This document shows positions 12,611-24,824 of a stretch of DNA of 64,000 bases, one piece after another. Each line of letters starts with the position of its first letter. Within the stretch, counting starts at the first letter, position 1. The position numbers were made by a program, and so were the translations under genes. The DNA lies in the NCBI RefSeq assembly GCF_006345805.1, contig NC_043001.1, positions 77,686,001 to 77,750,000 of the forward strand, read 5' to 3'. The notes under the pieces were generated by a model, which worked only from the letters and a program-made list of their open reading frames with translations, ran no database searches and was not told the DNA's origin. Origin of the DNA: Octopus sinensis. Taxonomy: Eukaryota.

Positions 12611-13509
12611 ATTCAAATAGAAAAAATAATTAAGTAATGAAAAATTACTACGGTTATAAAATGTTGTTTTTTTGATCTCCAATAGTATTAATCAAAAGGT
12701 ATTTTAATCGAAAATAACCACTGGCCATTTTATTAGATTAATAAAATCTATATAATATGTTAAGAATTTATGGTGGAGTAGGAAAAATATTGTATTCAAA
12801 ATTACTATATACTATGACGAGAAATATATATATAAGGATATATTTTATTCAGACACTAAATTCATTAAAAAAAGCTTTAATCAAAAATTAATTCACTCAA
12901 AAGTTTCTACTAAATACCCCGATGTTAAACAAAGGTATAATGTTACGAGTTATGATTATTATAAAGTAGATAATTTCTTACATAAAAAAATGATAATAAT
13001 ATATTTATAAATAAAATATCAGAATTTTACTTAGTTTTACAGAAGAAAATAAATATAGAGTAGGACAATAGTTTTATGTTCTATAAATTTTTAAGTGTAT
13101 ACAAGTTCGAAAGAACATAACGTAATATATAGTAAATGTTATAGGGTCTACAAGAAATATTCATATACGCATAATTATTCAAAAAGATATATAGTTATAT
13201 ATAATTATTATTCTAATCATATTTCTTCGTACTAAATAAACATTATTCTTAGTAAATAACAAGTACAAAAAACAAATTTACTTACTCTATCAGAGGAAAT
13301 TCTATGTTTATACATTTATACATTCATTGCTTACGGGAAAATAACAGGAAATATGTACTTACAATAAAAATATTTTTGACCACGATAGGGATTTTTATAA
13401 AATTATTCACATCATAATATTATTAAATTCAATTTATATATTATTAATTTATGATCAGAAATACTAAATTTCTAAATCTCTCGTAGAGACATGTACTGTG
13501 GTGGGGCGA

Positions 13510-13565
13510 TAGAATGGTTGTATACTGTCAATCTAACACGAACGTGACAGTATACAACCATTCTA
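13510..13565. other. Perfect hairpin, 21-bp stem and 14-nt loop
   Basis: TAGAATGGTTGTATACTGTCA / TGACAGTATACAACCATTCTA are exact reverse complements. Confidence 0.95.
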
Positions 13566-14106
13566 ATTTATGATAATTTTATATAAAGATGATAGCATGA
13601 TTAAAACTTATATATTAAATTTAACTACGAATATAGTGATATAGTTTACACATAAGACAACTATATTTCATAGTACTAAATACCAAATTTATAAATTAAT
13701 CCATTGAAATATTACAGATATCCTCATGAATATACCAGTTTAAAGCTACAAAACTTTCAGATAAAATTTTTAAAAACTTACAAATCATTCAGTATAAAAA
13801 AATTACCTCAAGCTACAAATCATTCAGTTTAAATAAAAACTTACAAATCGTTCAGTATAATAACAAAAAATATGGCCTCAAATACAATTACGTTAAATAA
13901 TGTTGTCACATCATAAAATTTCGGAAAATATCACAAGGAAAAAATCTTGTTCACGACGTCTTGCATCACTTCAAATCTTTGCCACAAACTATCCATAAAC
14001 GTGAATTCTTATAAATCCACTGGTGGATATGAGTCAAAATGCATTATTGATTTATATTTGTTTTAATTATGTTGTTATATTATATCTTTTTGTAGAATAT
14101 ATATCT

Positions 14107-14152
<46 letters not shown>

Positions 14153-14887
14153 TATAATATATATGTATTATATATATATATAATATATATGAATTATATA
14201 CATACACACACGTATGTGTGTATGTATATAAATTCATATATATATATATGTATGTATATATGTATACACATACGCACACACAAACACACGCACACTTATA
14301 TATATTTGTATGTATGTATGTATATATATCATAGATTGTCCACCAAAAGGATCGCTTCAATTTACCGTTGTGGACAGAAACCGAATTCCCATATATCTAC
14401 ATATATCTAATATGAATGCCTCGTTACGTTCATGAACCAATATCACTAACACTGCTGTATGCTGCGACTGTATCACTACCACAACTTGCCTGATATGTTG
14501 TCTTTGCTCACAAAATCATCAATGCACGCATATATTTGTCTTTGCCGATAACCAGAGCACGCCAGAATTTTACCTCAATTTAATTGAGAGCACATTTAAA
14601 ACCATATATTGTCAATACAACAGCTCCTTCAGAAACTTCATCAGAATAACAGATACTAGATTGTTCAAATAAATAATAAATCCGAATGGTAAACGTCGAA
14701 CAAACGACAAAGTATATAGTCTCGTGGTGAGTGATAGACCACAATAATACACATGGACAGGGCAGCAACTACAAACTACAAATATCTGCTGCTCCCTACG
14801 AGATCTTCACTGAAATTAAAATCGAAGCTGCTCTTCAGTTGAATGCAGAAGGCGAATTCTAATTGAAAATCATGCCATCTCATTAAA

Positions 14888-14987
14888 TCACATAGATTCT
14901 CTCAGCGCGCAAACATTATTTGCAACCTGCTTCAAATTCAGTGTAACAAAGGCACTAGCATCAACTTCATCTAGAAGATCGTAATTT
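14888..14987 (-). CDS. Candidate terminal coding exon, unidentified: (phase 2) NYDLLDEVDASAFVTLNLKQVANNVCALRESM*
   Basis: Acceptor CTCAATTTAGGTTTCTAG|A, 32 open codons, TGA at 14890-14888, followed by non-repetitive UTR-like sequence with ATTAAA (minus) near 14580. Confidence 0.4.
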
Positions 14988-15150
14988 CTAGAAACCTAAA
15001 TTGAGTTACGAATATTATTATGGTAACATGCATAACAGGGACTATAGAATACATCGAAAATAATTTACAATGACACACTCACATATGCAAACACATATAA
15101 ACTCACACACAGACGCATATCGATTCATATATACATACATGCATATATAT

Positions 15151-15184
<34 letters not shown>

Positions 15185-15226
15185 CATACATACATACATA
15201 CATACATACATACATACATACATACA

Positions 15227-15258
<32 letters not shown>

Positions 15259-15982
15259 CATGCATATTGTTTACGGCATAGAATTTAATAAGTTTGAGAG
15301 GCATGAAATAAATCATTTTAAAGTGTGGAACTGGAAGTCCACAAAACTATGAATAATAGCTTGTAAATATTCTCTTGGATAGAAACAAAACTCTCTCGGT
15401 CACCCTCGGACTTTTTTCTATCCAAATGTATTTAAAGCAATATTTACAGTCAATTATTTATAGCTTTCGAGCTCCGCCGTTAAAGTAACTATATGTATGC
15501 ATGTATATGTTTGTATATTAAGGCTAACATTGGTTTTATATCTAGAAAAATATCTTAATGTCTTTACAATGTTTCAAGCCGATTAAGGAGAGGAATGGTG
15601 TTCGTCTCTATTTAGAACGAAAACACAAAAGTCTCGGGACAAATCTCGGAAATTCACATAAAAAAACAAGAAATCAAGGGGCGTTACTCTTGGATGACGT
15701 CTTTTGAGTAATTATATATATATATATATATGTGTGCGTGTGTAATACAATTGAACTTACATTTTAAGCTCCGATAAAACGATAATGTGATACACAAGTA
15801 CTCATTTATGAGTGCATTGCATCTTATAGCAGAAAGAACTGAAACCTAACGTAGTTCATGATATAATTTCTCATTCCCCTCTCACTTTAATTCCTTAGTA
15901 TTGCTCTGTACTCGAATGACGCTTTGGTCTGAAGCATATGTATATTGAGCTCTAACACCAGATTTCCAGTATCGATATGCCC

Positions 15983-16206
<224 letters not shown>

Positions 16207-16299
16207 AATTAAATAATAAGTGTGAAAAATTGAATATTAATTTAATCCCAATTTAAAACCATTGGCCTTGCATATTGAAAAATTTGTCTTTAATTTCCG

Positions 16300-16990
16300 G
16301 TCTTTTGTTGGTTTGATATTCTTGTCACACTTAAAATTTTAAACATTCTATGTGAGACCTAAGTAACTGAATTTGTTGTTAGATACGTTCCTATCAAATG
16401 GGCTTTTTTGTGGGAATGTTTTCGGTTTCTAATCTTTTCACCACAGAATTGTTGAGATCTTACCGGATGCATGGTAAAGGTCATTGAGATCTGTAATAAC
16501 AACATAATTAGCTGAAATTATATCTTTAATCGGAAGGCCGCTTTTACCAATTGCTTTAAGGTTTAGGTTAGAGTTTCAAATTTCTGGGAGATTATCACGT
16601 TCATTGATACTGGTTTGTATAATTTTTCAGCCATTCAATCATGATTTGCTTTTTTATTTCTGTGTGACTTTCTTTGTTTATTTGATTATCATATTCCTTC
16701 ATATTTATAGCTGGTTCAGAAAGTATTTCACATTACTTATCAGTTACATTGTCTCTTTCTATCATTACTGCATTTTCATCAGACCTAGATTGGTCTGTAA
16801 TTATTTCTCCAGTAGTATCTACTTTAGCTGTATCTTCGTTCCTTTTATACCTTATTAATTGTTTAATCTGGTCAATCTCTAATTCAGTTTGTAATTCCTT
16901 TTTATAATATTTCTGACGTTGGCAAGCTTGTATCTATCTAGGATCTTATTTCAAGGTCCTTTTCTCTCCAGCTTCCATAGGCTTCTTAAG
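16300..16990 (-). mobile_element. R4/Dong-type LINE N-terminal ORF relic
   Basis: Degenerate minus-strand reading LANVRNIIKR..LEIDQIKQL, DLNDLYHAS, then ..ERI*QQIQLLRSHI, matching the N-terminal region seen in the other R4/Dong pieces. Confidence 0.55.
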
Positions 16991-17986
16991 ATTTATTTAT
17001 AAGAAAAAATACACGGTACGAGAGAAAACCTTAAGAACGTCTTTATTATCTTTCCTGGAACATTTTTCATTCATTTTCTTTAGGTTATTTGATGGTGAGT
17101 GTGGATGGCCATCTGTTGGAATATTCTGATTGTGTGTGTGTGTGTGTGTGTGTGTTTGTGGGAATTTGAACAGTAGCTGATTTTTCGCTCCCAGCATGGT
17201 TCCTCGCTGGGTTGTGCGGTCCTTGTTGACCCGGTACGGGTAACCAGTGTAAATTTTGCTTTGTTATCATTGAGATATGAAGAGCCTGGACGTTGACATT
17301 AAGTGATGGATCTGATTGTTTAGCGTTAACTTTTTGCAACAACAACGCCTCCGAGTACTTTGAATGAAAACTTTACTCGTACCGTAGTTTCGTAAGGTTA
17401 AGAGAACGGTATTCGTCTTTATGTTTTTTTGTTGACAAATTTATCTCCGGGCATAGTTCCTTTGTAGTATTTTAAGCTTAGTATTTGTTCACTCTGTTTT
17501 AGTTCAAAGAAAATGGGTTGTTATTGTTTTTCTTCGTGTGTCACACGCGCTTTCAAATGTATGTATGTGTGTCAAGTAAATTTCACGTATTTGTGGAAAA
17601 GATTGGGATGTATGTGTAATTCTACCGGTATTAATCTGTATACGTGATTGTATAAATTCGATTGCCTGAGTGATTAATCAATTTACGCACTCACTGTTTT
17701 TTTTTCCACTTATATTTTATAGTTTGTGAACTTTACGATGTTGACTTCGCACGTTTCTTTCGGAAATGTTTCACTGTCACATCGTGTATGGAGGAAACAG
17801 TACTTTGAGTAACAGTAAAATTTCGTTTTATGTGGTTATTTTCGTTAAAATGCTACTTTCCTCAAGTCTTCCACAAATTCCTTTATCTCATTCCACCGAT
17901 GTTGTTGGATTAGAATTGTTTTGTATGGAGAGCCAGGAGTGGCACGCCCATGTTGTTATTCAATGCGGAGCTCCTTTTTCTCTTGT

Positions 17987-17987
17987 A

Positions 17988-18069
<82 letters not shown>

Positions 18070-18111
18070 TTTTAAAATTTTTATTATTGTTGTTGTTGTT
18101 TGGTGTCATTA

Positions 18112-18155
<44 letters not shown>

Positions 18156-18168
18156 TATTATTATTATT

Positions 18169-18202
<34 letters not shown>

Positions 18203-18203
18203 C

Positions 18204-18235
<32 letters not shown>
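17987..18235. repeat. (TTA)n microsatellite
   Basis: Direct reading. Confidence 0.95.
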
Positions 18236-18516
18236 ATGGATTGGCTGTGTCTATTTCAACAAACTCTCATAAATATGCGCCGCTATAATTTCAGTCAAGT
18301 TTTTATTGCTTCAATAGGTAATTTAGTTGTATTTCAGTTAAATAACCTACCTTATTTACTGGGTGTAAAATACTTTTCTAGAAATATCGAAAATTTACCA
18401 GGTGTATATGTGGTTATTTGGGCTACGTATGGTGCATTATGCAATGTACCCTGTCTATAGCAAGTTTTCCGTTCTCTAGGAGTCATAATGTAGTTAATAT
18501 TGCAACGCATATATAT

Positions 18517-19017
18517 ACGTGCTAGCACTATCACCCGGCGTTGCCGGGTCATAGTGCTAGTGCTTGTTGTTGGTTGCCGGGTCGCAGTAAAAATTTCTCA
18601 CTAAACCAATAGCTAAATTTCTTATCACATATTAGTCCGGACCAATTTTGTTGTTTATGAGCTAGATGGAGCTTTTTATGAGAGTAATTAATATTTAATG
18701 GACTTCGGTTTTTGCACCTGGAACGACATAATCATGGAAAATTAGCGGGACTGTGCATATGCCAATAGTGGGACAAAGGAGGTAGAAGAAAGCGAAAAAC
18801 TCCAATTTGGCCGCAAAATAACTTATGGGCATAATGAGTCGGTTTATCGATTTTCTAATGGCTTTCTGGGGTGACTGAAGAAATGAAAAGATCTTCACGA
18901 CCACCCTCAGACGGATTTGAAAGCCCATAGAAAATGTGAGCCTTTAACGTTGAAAACTGTGGATTTATATAAGGGACACACAGATACACAAACATTTTGC
19001 CGTTTATAGATATAGAT
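18517..19017 (+). mobile_element. Non-autonomous Helitron/Helentron-like (HINE-type) element
   Basis: 5' CTAGC..ACCCGGCGTTGCCGGGT hairpin; 3' ACACACAGATACACAAAC..CGTTTATAGATATAGAT. Same end motifs at 22533 and 37057-38160. Confidence 0.65.
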
Positions 19018-19399
19018 ATATATTTATTGGTTATGCTGTAAGGGGAAGCGAATTCAACCTCAATGGTAAAGTCGCTATTAGTGTTTGTATTCCTATTTCT
19101 ACATTCTTTGTTCTTTCTGTCATTATTACTACTGTTCTTATTATCCTTATACTTTTTATCACAGTTGATACTATTATTGTTATCATTAAAGTCTTTGTGG
19201 CCAATAAAAAATTACTTATTATCATTAACGTTTCTATAAAGATCCGTATGCTGTGGTTATAATGTTCCTATGTATTCTAAGTTTGCACCTCTGGCTCACA
19301 TAACTGCTTCGGCTCTTCATTCCTCTATATTAATTATTTATAACTTTGTGCTTGCAGTTCTTCCTACACAGATTTTCTAATTATCAACGATGTCTGCCT

Positions 19400-21110
19400 T
19401 ACTACGTATCCTATTAAAGTAAACCTTATAAATATTATTTTAATTTTCTCATTATTCACCAGTTCCATTAAGTCTATATGTTTATGTATCTTCTTAATAT
19501 CTCCATTAAGAAAATATTGAATTTTCTCTTTAAAACCATCTTCACCTTCAGGCGAATTCTAATATTTCTAGTTTTGTCTAAATACTTTCTCATCCGCCGG
19601 AAGTTTAGAAGTTCTATGAGAGACAGTCTAAACTGTCACATCTTCTAGGTTTTCATTTGGTCTATAATACAGATGATGCAGTCTCGTGGTAAGATTCAAA
19701 GTAACGTCTAGAAAATTTGTCTTAATTTTATTTATATATATGTTTAATTTTGCAAGGTGATAAAATCTTAGCTTTTTAAAGAATTTGCGGGCTTTCCCTA
19801 TACATTTCAGAATTAACTCTGCTACATTTATAAATTTCAAATAAAGTATCATATCTTCATAATCCACTCCTTAATTAAAGAAATTAATTGTGTGAACAAG
19901 CTAAAATATAACGAGGGGTACCCAGAAGAAAACTGAATTTAGCAACACTATTTTATTCACTTAGTTTTACATGTTTACACTTTTATCGCCTTCAAATATT
20001 CTCTATTTGAAGCAATTCATCACAAACCAGATGCGTTTTCCACGGTTCGAAGCAGTCCCTGAACTCTTGCGAAGTGATGCCTTTTAACGCCTCCATCGTT
20101 TTATTTCTCTTCACCTCTTCCACAGTTGCAATTTTCGTAGCACCAGCTACCGTCAACAGTGATGACTTGAAAAAGAGGATTTTCAGTCCACTGACACACG
20201 TTTCAGTTCACTGTTCATTCAGTTCATGACACATTCAGTCGTGACTGTTTTTGATCTTCCATGAGCAGGCGAGGTACAAATTTTGCTGCAACTCTTTTCA
20301 TCTGCAATTCCTCATTCAGAATTCGTTGCCAGGAGCTGCAGGGCACACCAGTCATATAAACAAGTTCGTCAATTTTTTGGTGACAGTCCTCCAAGGCCAG
20401 TTTTGTATTTTCATGATGTCTTCATTCGTTCGGGAGGTCGACGGTCGCCTTCAACGAGGTTTGACTTCAAGCGACAAGTGACCATTTCTAAAGCGTGAAG
20501 ACCACTCGTAAAATTGTGTTTTGCTCATGGTAGCGGCCTTGTAAGATGTTTGAAACATGACAACTGTTTCAGCCGCCATTGTTCCCAGTAGAAAACAGAA
20601 TTTCACAGAACTGGCTGTTCCTTCGTTTCAGCTATTGCAAAAATCGAAGAACAGGGGAGAAGCACTACAAAACAAAGACGCACCATGTGGCAGTATGAAC
20701 TTAGCGAACAAAGCCGGTTGGCAGACTGGTGCCTGAAGGTTGTATCAAGTGGCCTCTAGTGGTGAAAGCCTAAACTACAACGGGCTGGTCCCACAGGAAA
20801 CATTTCTGGTTACTTCGGGTACTATCGTACATTCCTACTAAATGGGTAACTTGTGTGATACCAAAATTGTTCAGTCTGCCATTTCTAGTTCAGTATCTAT
20901 TCCCAAACTCAATTATAAACTTCCTAGCTGTTAAAATAATATCTACATCCTGTGTAGATAAATCGATGTTCTTCCTTGCAAATAATAATACCTTTTTCAG
21001 CAAAATAGGGTTAATTGAGGAAAACACTAGTTTATATATATTCCATTATATTCATTTAATTTCAAGATATTGAGAGATATCATTTATTGATCTGCGGCCT
21101 ATTTAGTCAT
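19400..21110 (-). mobile_element. Degraded Penelope-like RT (Naiad/Chlamys-like motif set), split by a mariner
   Basis: FSSINPILLKKVLLFA..DIILTARK..HLVGM | YIL..GL*RYD (YRDD motif) ..NFLDVTLNL..YYRPN..ADEKVF..GFKEKIQY. Confidence 0.65.
19909..20829 (-). mobile_element. Mariner (Tc1/mariner) internally deleted copy with TIRs and TA target duplication
   Basis: TIRs ACGAGGGGTACCCAGAAGAAAACTGAA and (RC) ACGATAGTACCCGAAGTAACCAGAA. Transposase N-terminus VKFCFLLGTMAAETVVMFQ..FYEWSSRFRNG..RRPSTSRTNE; C-terminus TVEEVK..MEALKGITSQEFRDCFEPWK. DD34D core deleted. Confidence 0.88.
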
Positions 21111-21529
21111 TTTACTGTATGCTTTTGTCACTTTTCGCAAACCAAAGAAGAGAATAATTTGAAATTATAGACTGAAATTTCAGAAGGCCAAATATATTTG
21201 AGCCTCCTCATGTCTATACGAGAAAGATTGTTCTTTAGAAACTTTTTTAGTGAATGTGAATAATAATGCTTATTACGTATATTTCTAGCTTTTGCACGGA
21301 ATGTGTCAAATATATTGTAAATGTGCAGCTTTTGCATAAACTAAACCTCATGTCCCTTTAAAATCCGAAGAAAATGTATGTGATGTAGACGATTGTAAAA
21401 TCTTATGCTCTTGTATTTTACCGCCGTAACCGAGCTAAACATACGAACTGAAACTGAAACTGAACGAAACAGAGCAAAAAGAAAATACGGTAAATCAGAG
21501 GAAAACGTAAATATGTATATGTATATATG

Positions 21530-21860
21530 AAGGCGCATGGCTCAGTATTTAGATCGCCGGTCTCACAATTCTGAGCTGGTGACTTCGATTCTCAGACAGG
21601 GCTGTGCACTTCCTGAGCAAGACATTTTATTTCCGTCCCTCCAGTTCACTCAGCTGTAAAAGTGAATTGCGACGACACTGATACCAAGCCGTATCGGCTT
21701 TTGACTTTCGTGTGAAAAACATCGTTAGTGTAGAGAGGGGAGGATGATAAGCATTGGAAGACTGCTGGTCTTTCGTAAACAACCTTGCCCGGACTTCTGC
21801 CACGGAGTTTAACAGTCTAGGTGCAATCTCATGATCGTTCATGACCGAAGGGTGTCTAAA
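21530..21860 (+). mobile_element. tRNA-derived SINE family C
   Basis: Head GGCGCATGGCTCAGT..TTCGATTC; central CTGAGCAAGACA..TCCAGTTCACTCAGCTGTAAAA; tail CATGACCGAAGGG. Confidence 0.7.
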
Positions 21861-21928
21861 AAATCAATGTGGACATACATAAGTGCGCACTGACACACAC
21901 ACACACATACCCATTAGTGTACGTGTGA

Positions 21929-21974
<46 letters not shown>

Positions 21975-22186
21975 TTTAAATATTTGTTGTGCAAGATTTT
22001 TTATGTGAAGTCGTGTGTTGAAACAGATATTGTTATATTTCGGAATTGTATGACGAAAGAACTCTGGCCGAAATAAGATTAAGATTAATGTAAAAAATAA
22101 ATAACACTGAAGCAAAGTAACACCAAATATATAGTGCGTGTGATTTTATTGGCTAAACTGGCAAAATGACCATTCCGAATATAACA

Positions 22187-22217
<31 letters not shown>

Positions 22218-22436
22218 AATATAATAATAATAATAATAATAATAATATTAGGGAGTAAATCCAAATTTACAGGGAAAAGTTAGATTTAAAATTAAATCAA
22301 ATTTCACAGTATAAATATAAATTATATTTGAGATAAAACCACTATTAGGCAAATCAAACAGTGAAAAACATATTTATCTTTACGTATTGGTTTATGTTTT
22401 TCACTGTTTGATTTTCTAATAGTGGTTTTATCTCTA

Positions 22437-22475
<39 letters not shown>

Positions 22476-22491
22476 GTGTACGTGTGTGCGT

Positions 22492-22532
<41 letters not shown>

Positions 22533-22535
<3 letters not shown>

Positions 22536-22562
22536 TAGCAGAGATACCCGGCGTTGCCCGTG
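22533..22562 (+). mobile_element. Isolated 5' end of a HINE-like element at a (TA)n edge
   Basis: TACTAGCAGAGATACCCGGCGTTGCCCG, matching 37057 and 18522. Confidence 0.6.
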
Positions 22563-22799
22563 TTACATGCAATTGAAGAATTAGAATTTTCTGTAATATT
22601 TTCTGTAATTAACTGGAATATCTATGTTTTGAATTTCATCAAAATTGCAGATGAGGGTTATCTCCATCTTTACACACCCTCAAAAATTGTAATCGTGCCA
22701 CATGTATCCCATACTGCTGATTTTTATGCACATATTCCAAAATTCCAGTCTTATTGAACTTGTTAAATAGATTTTGCTCCTGAAAAATGAAGGTCATGG

Positions 22800-23590
22800 A
22801 GCTCTAAAATGTGAGAGTGAAGACCCCTGTTGGGGGTGGGCATCTTTATGTTAACCAGAGAAGTTGAATTGTCGAGAATCGTTTTAACTTGTGTCTTATG
22901 TCTATTGTTTGAATTTCTTTGAAATAGGAAATATATCTTCACTTGGTTTGTAAAAGAGAGCAAAACTACAGGAAACCAAAAGACGAATGATTACAATACG
23001 CAGTCAGCTACCCTACCCTAGTCGTTATCACTCCTAATGTAGGATTCCTCATCATCCGGGCGACAGGCACAGCCGCAGGATGCATTACGATTCTATAGCA
23101 ATTGGAAGGGCGTGACCCAACTGAAATAAACATTAACATCTGTGTGACGTGAGGTCTAAGGAGAAAGGAAAGTTGGAGGTTGCAAATGACCACTATACTG
23201 ATACGTAACTGGACAGAATAAATTTACAATCTATAAATATCTTTGAATAACCAGTCACTCATCTGGTAAGGCCTTGAAATCAATCTTTCCATGTGGGGAC
23301 TATGTGTGACCTAGTGATAATAAAAAGACTGAAAAGAGGTATGCAATCAAATAACTTTACACAACACTTTGCAACTGAATCAGTGGAGGCAAAGATGCCT
23401 CTCATTTACTTGACAATTTATGCACCACATTACAGAATTCACAATGTAAGTGTATGTCAAAGCAAACTGTTACACTGTTGTACCATTGGATTACAAATAA
23501 TGCTCATCTTTTATGCTCGGGTAACCATACAGCTTCCAAGAGCACAACTGTATTCATGACAAAATTGTGGGCGTTAAGTACCCATGGAGG
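22800..23590 (+). mobile_element. RTE-type LINE 5' region and APE endonuclease relic
   Basis: Degenerate reading NVGFL..DRHSRR..KGKLEVANDHYT..KMPLIYLTIYAP resembles RTE-BovB EN motifs (WNVRTL, DRPERRT, GQLEE.G.GYT, ISAYAPT). Confidence 0.45.
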
Positions 23591-23870
23591 GGGTCTTTCT
23601 AACTTATAAGAAGATGAAATTTTATAAATATTACTTCATTTGTGTCTAATATATATATGGTTAAAATTTCATCAACGGCAAAACTATATGAATTGTCATG
23701 GGGGTTATATGTGTGTGTATGTGTGTGTGTGTGTGGGTGGATCTGTGTGTATGCGTGTATGTGTGTATATATGTATGCATGTATATATATGTATATATAT
23801 GTGTACATAATACATGTACATCTCTATATATATACATCTATATGTATACATCTAATATATGTATATATAT

Positions 23871-24775
23871 ATAAACTTAGATAAACTTAGATATGTTTCG
23901 ACCAAAGATTGGTCCAGGCCATGTCTAACTTAATAGCACCCCTGATAGGATTATTCGAATCCTGTTTAAGTCAAGTTTTGTTCAAGTCAAGTTTTCTTCA
24001 AGTAGTGAGTTCTTGTTGGGTGAGTTTTATCCAATTATGGGTGGCTAATCTGGTATTCTTTGAAGGAATCTATCCAGACTCCGTTTAAAGTTGATGGGAT
24101 CCTTTTCCTCTTTGATCTCCCTCGGAACAATGTTAAATAGGGCAGGGCCTGTTGAGGAAAAGAAATTATGCTGCAGTGTACATGTATGTAGTGATCTTTA
24201 ATTGGGCAGGGGACGTATGGCCCGTGGTCCTAGTCTTGGGTGAACCTTGAAGCTAATGTTAAGGTCGTTTGGGCAAAGTTGGCGGTATATTCTCCACATC
24301 GTACAAATGATGTAACGCTCACGGCGACGCTGGAGGGAGTAAAGTTTCAAGGCTTTAAGGCGATCCCAATAATCGAGAGCAGCCATGCCTTCAATTCGTT
24401 TAGTGAGTGCCCTCTGGGGTGACTCAATTCTGGAGATGTTTTGTCTTGTATGGGGAGACCACAGTGGGCAGCAGTATTCAAGGTGTGGCCGTACAAAGGA
24501 GGAAAAAAGTGGTATGATGACACCATGTTCTCTGGACCGGAAAGTTCTTAAGGTCCAGGAACTCATCCTACGGGCTATATCGACCTTCTTGTTGATGTGT
24601 GCACGCCAACTGAGATCGTCATCAACAATTACACCCAGGTCTCTGATATTGTTAGAGGCTGTGAGCGGTTCCCCTGAAGGAAGAGAGTATGGTTGTTTTA
24701 GTGAGGAATTTCTTCCAAAATGCATCAGCTCAAATTTTCCCTCATTCGATTGCATTTTGTTTCTGCCTGCCCATT

Positions 24776-24778
<3 letters not shown>
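23871..24778 (-). mobile_element. CR1-type LINE, 5'-truncated, complete 3' end, inserted in (TA)n
   Basis: ORF 24198-24755: RDLGVIVDDDLSW, FVRPHLEYCCPLWSP, LYSLQRRRER. Then FKRSLDRFL, 3' UTR and two exact ATAAACTTAG units (23871-23890). (TA)n on both flanks. Confidence 0.9.

Positions 24779-24824
<46 letters not shown>

Larger units (their letters stand above)
12256..14095 (+). mobile_element. Old AT-rich Penelope-like element with an inverted copy of its 3' terminus
   Basis: Inverted repeats 12256-12354 and 14001-14095 (core GACTCATATCCACCAGTG.ATTTA.AAGA.TTCAC, 32/35). Stop-free 84-codon frame 12756-13007 (KLIHSKVSTKYPDVKQR..KVDNFLHKK). GIY-YIG-like relic SVYKFE..VIGSTRNIHIRI at 13094-13173 across a frameshift. 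Confidence 0.6.

Noticed and set aside
12256-14095. Endogenous AT-rich virus, Polinton or bacterial insertion
   Set aside because: Considered because of the inverted ends and N/K/Y/I-rich frames, but the GIY-YIG-like motif order and hammerhead-like termini fit a Penelope better, and no viral hallmark motif was seen.
14940-14987. LLDEVDA..N..VAN resemblance to a Walker B / SMC D-loop
   Set aside because: Spacing differs, no upstream ATPase exons were found, and the match is too short to name a gene.
22640-23320. Chain of short minus-strand host exons with compatible phases
   Set aside because: The plus strand reads as an RTE endonuclease relic, the splice sites are weak, and the peptides are unconvincing.
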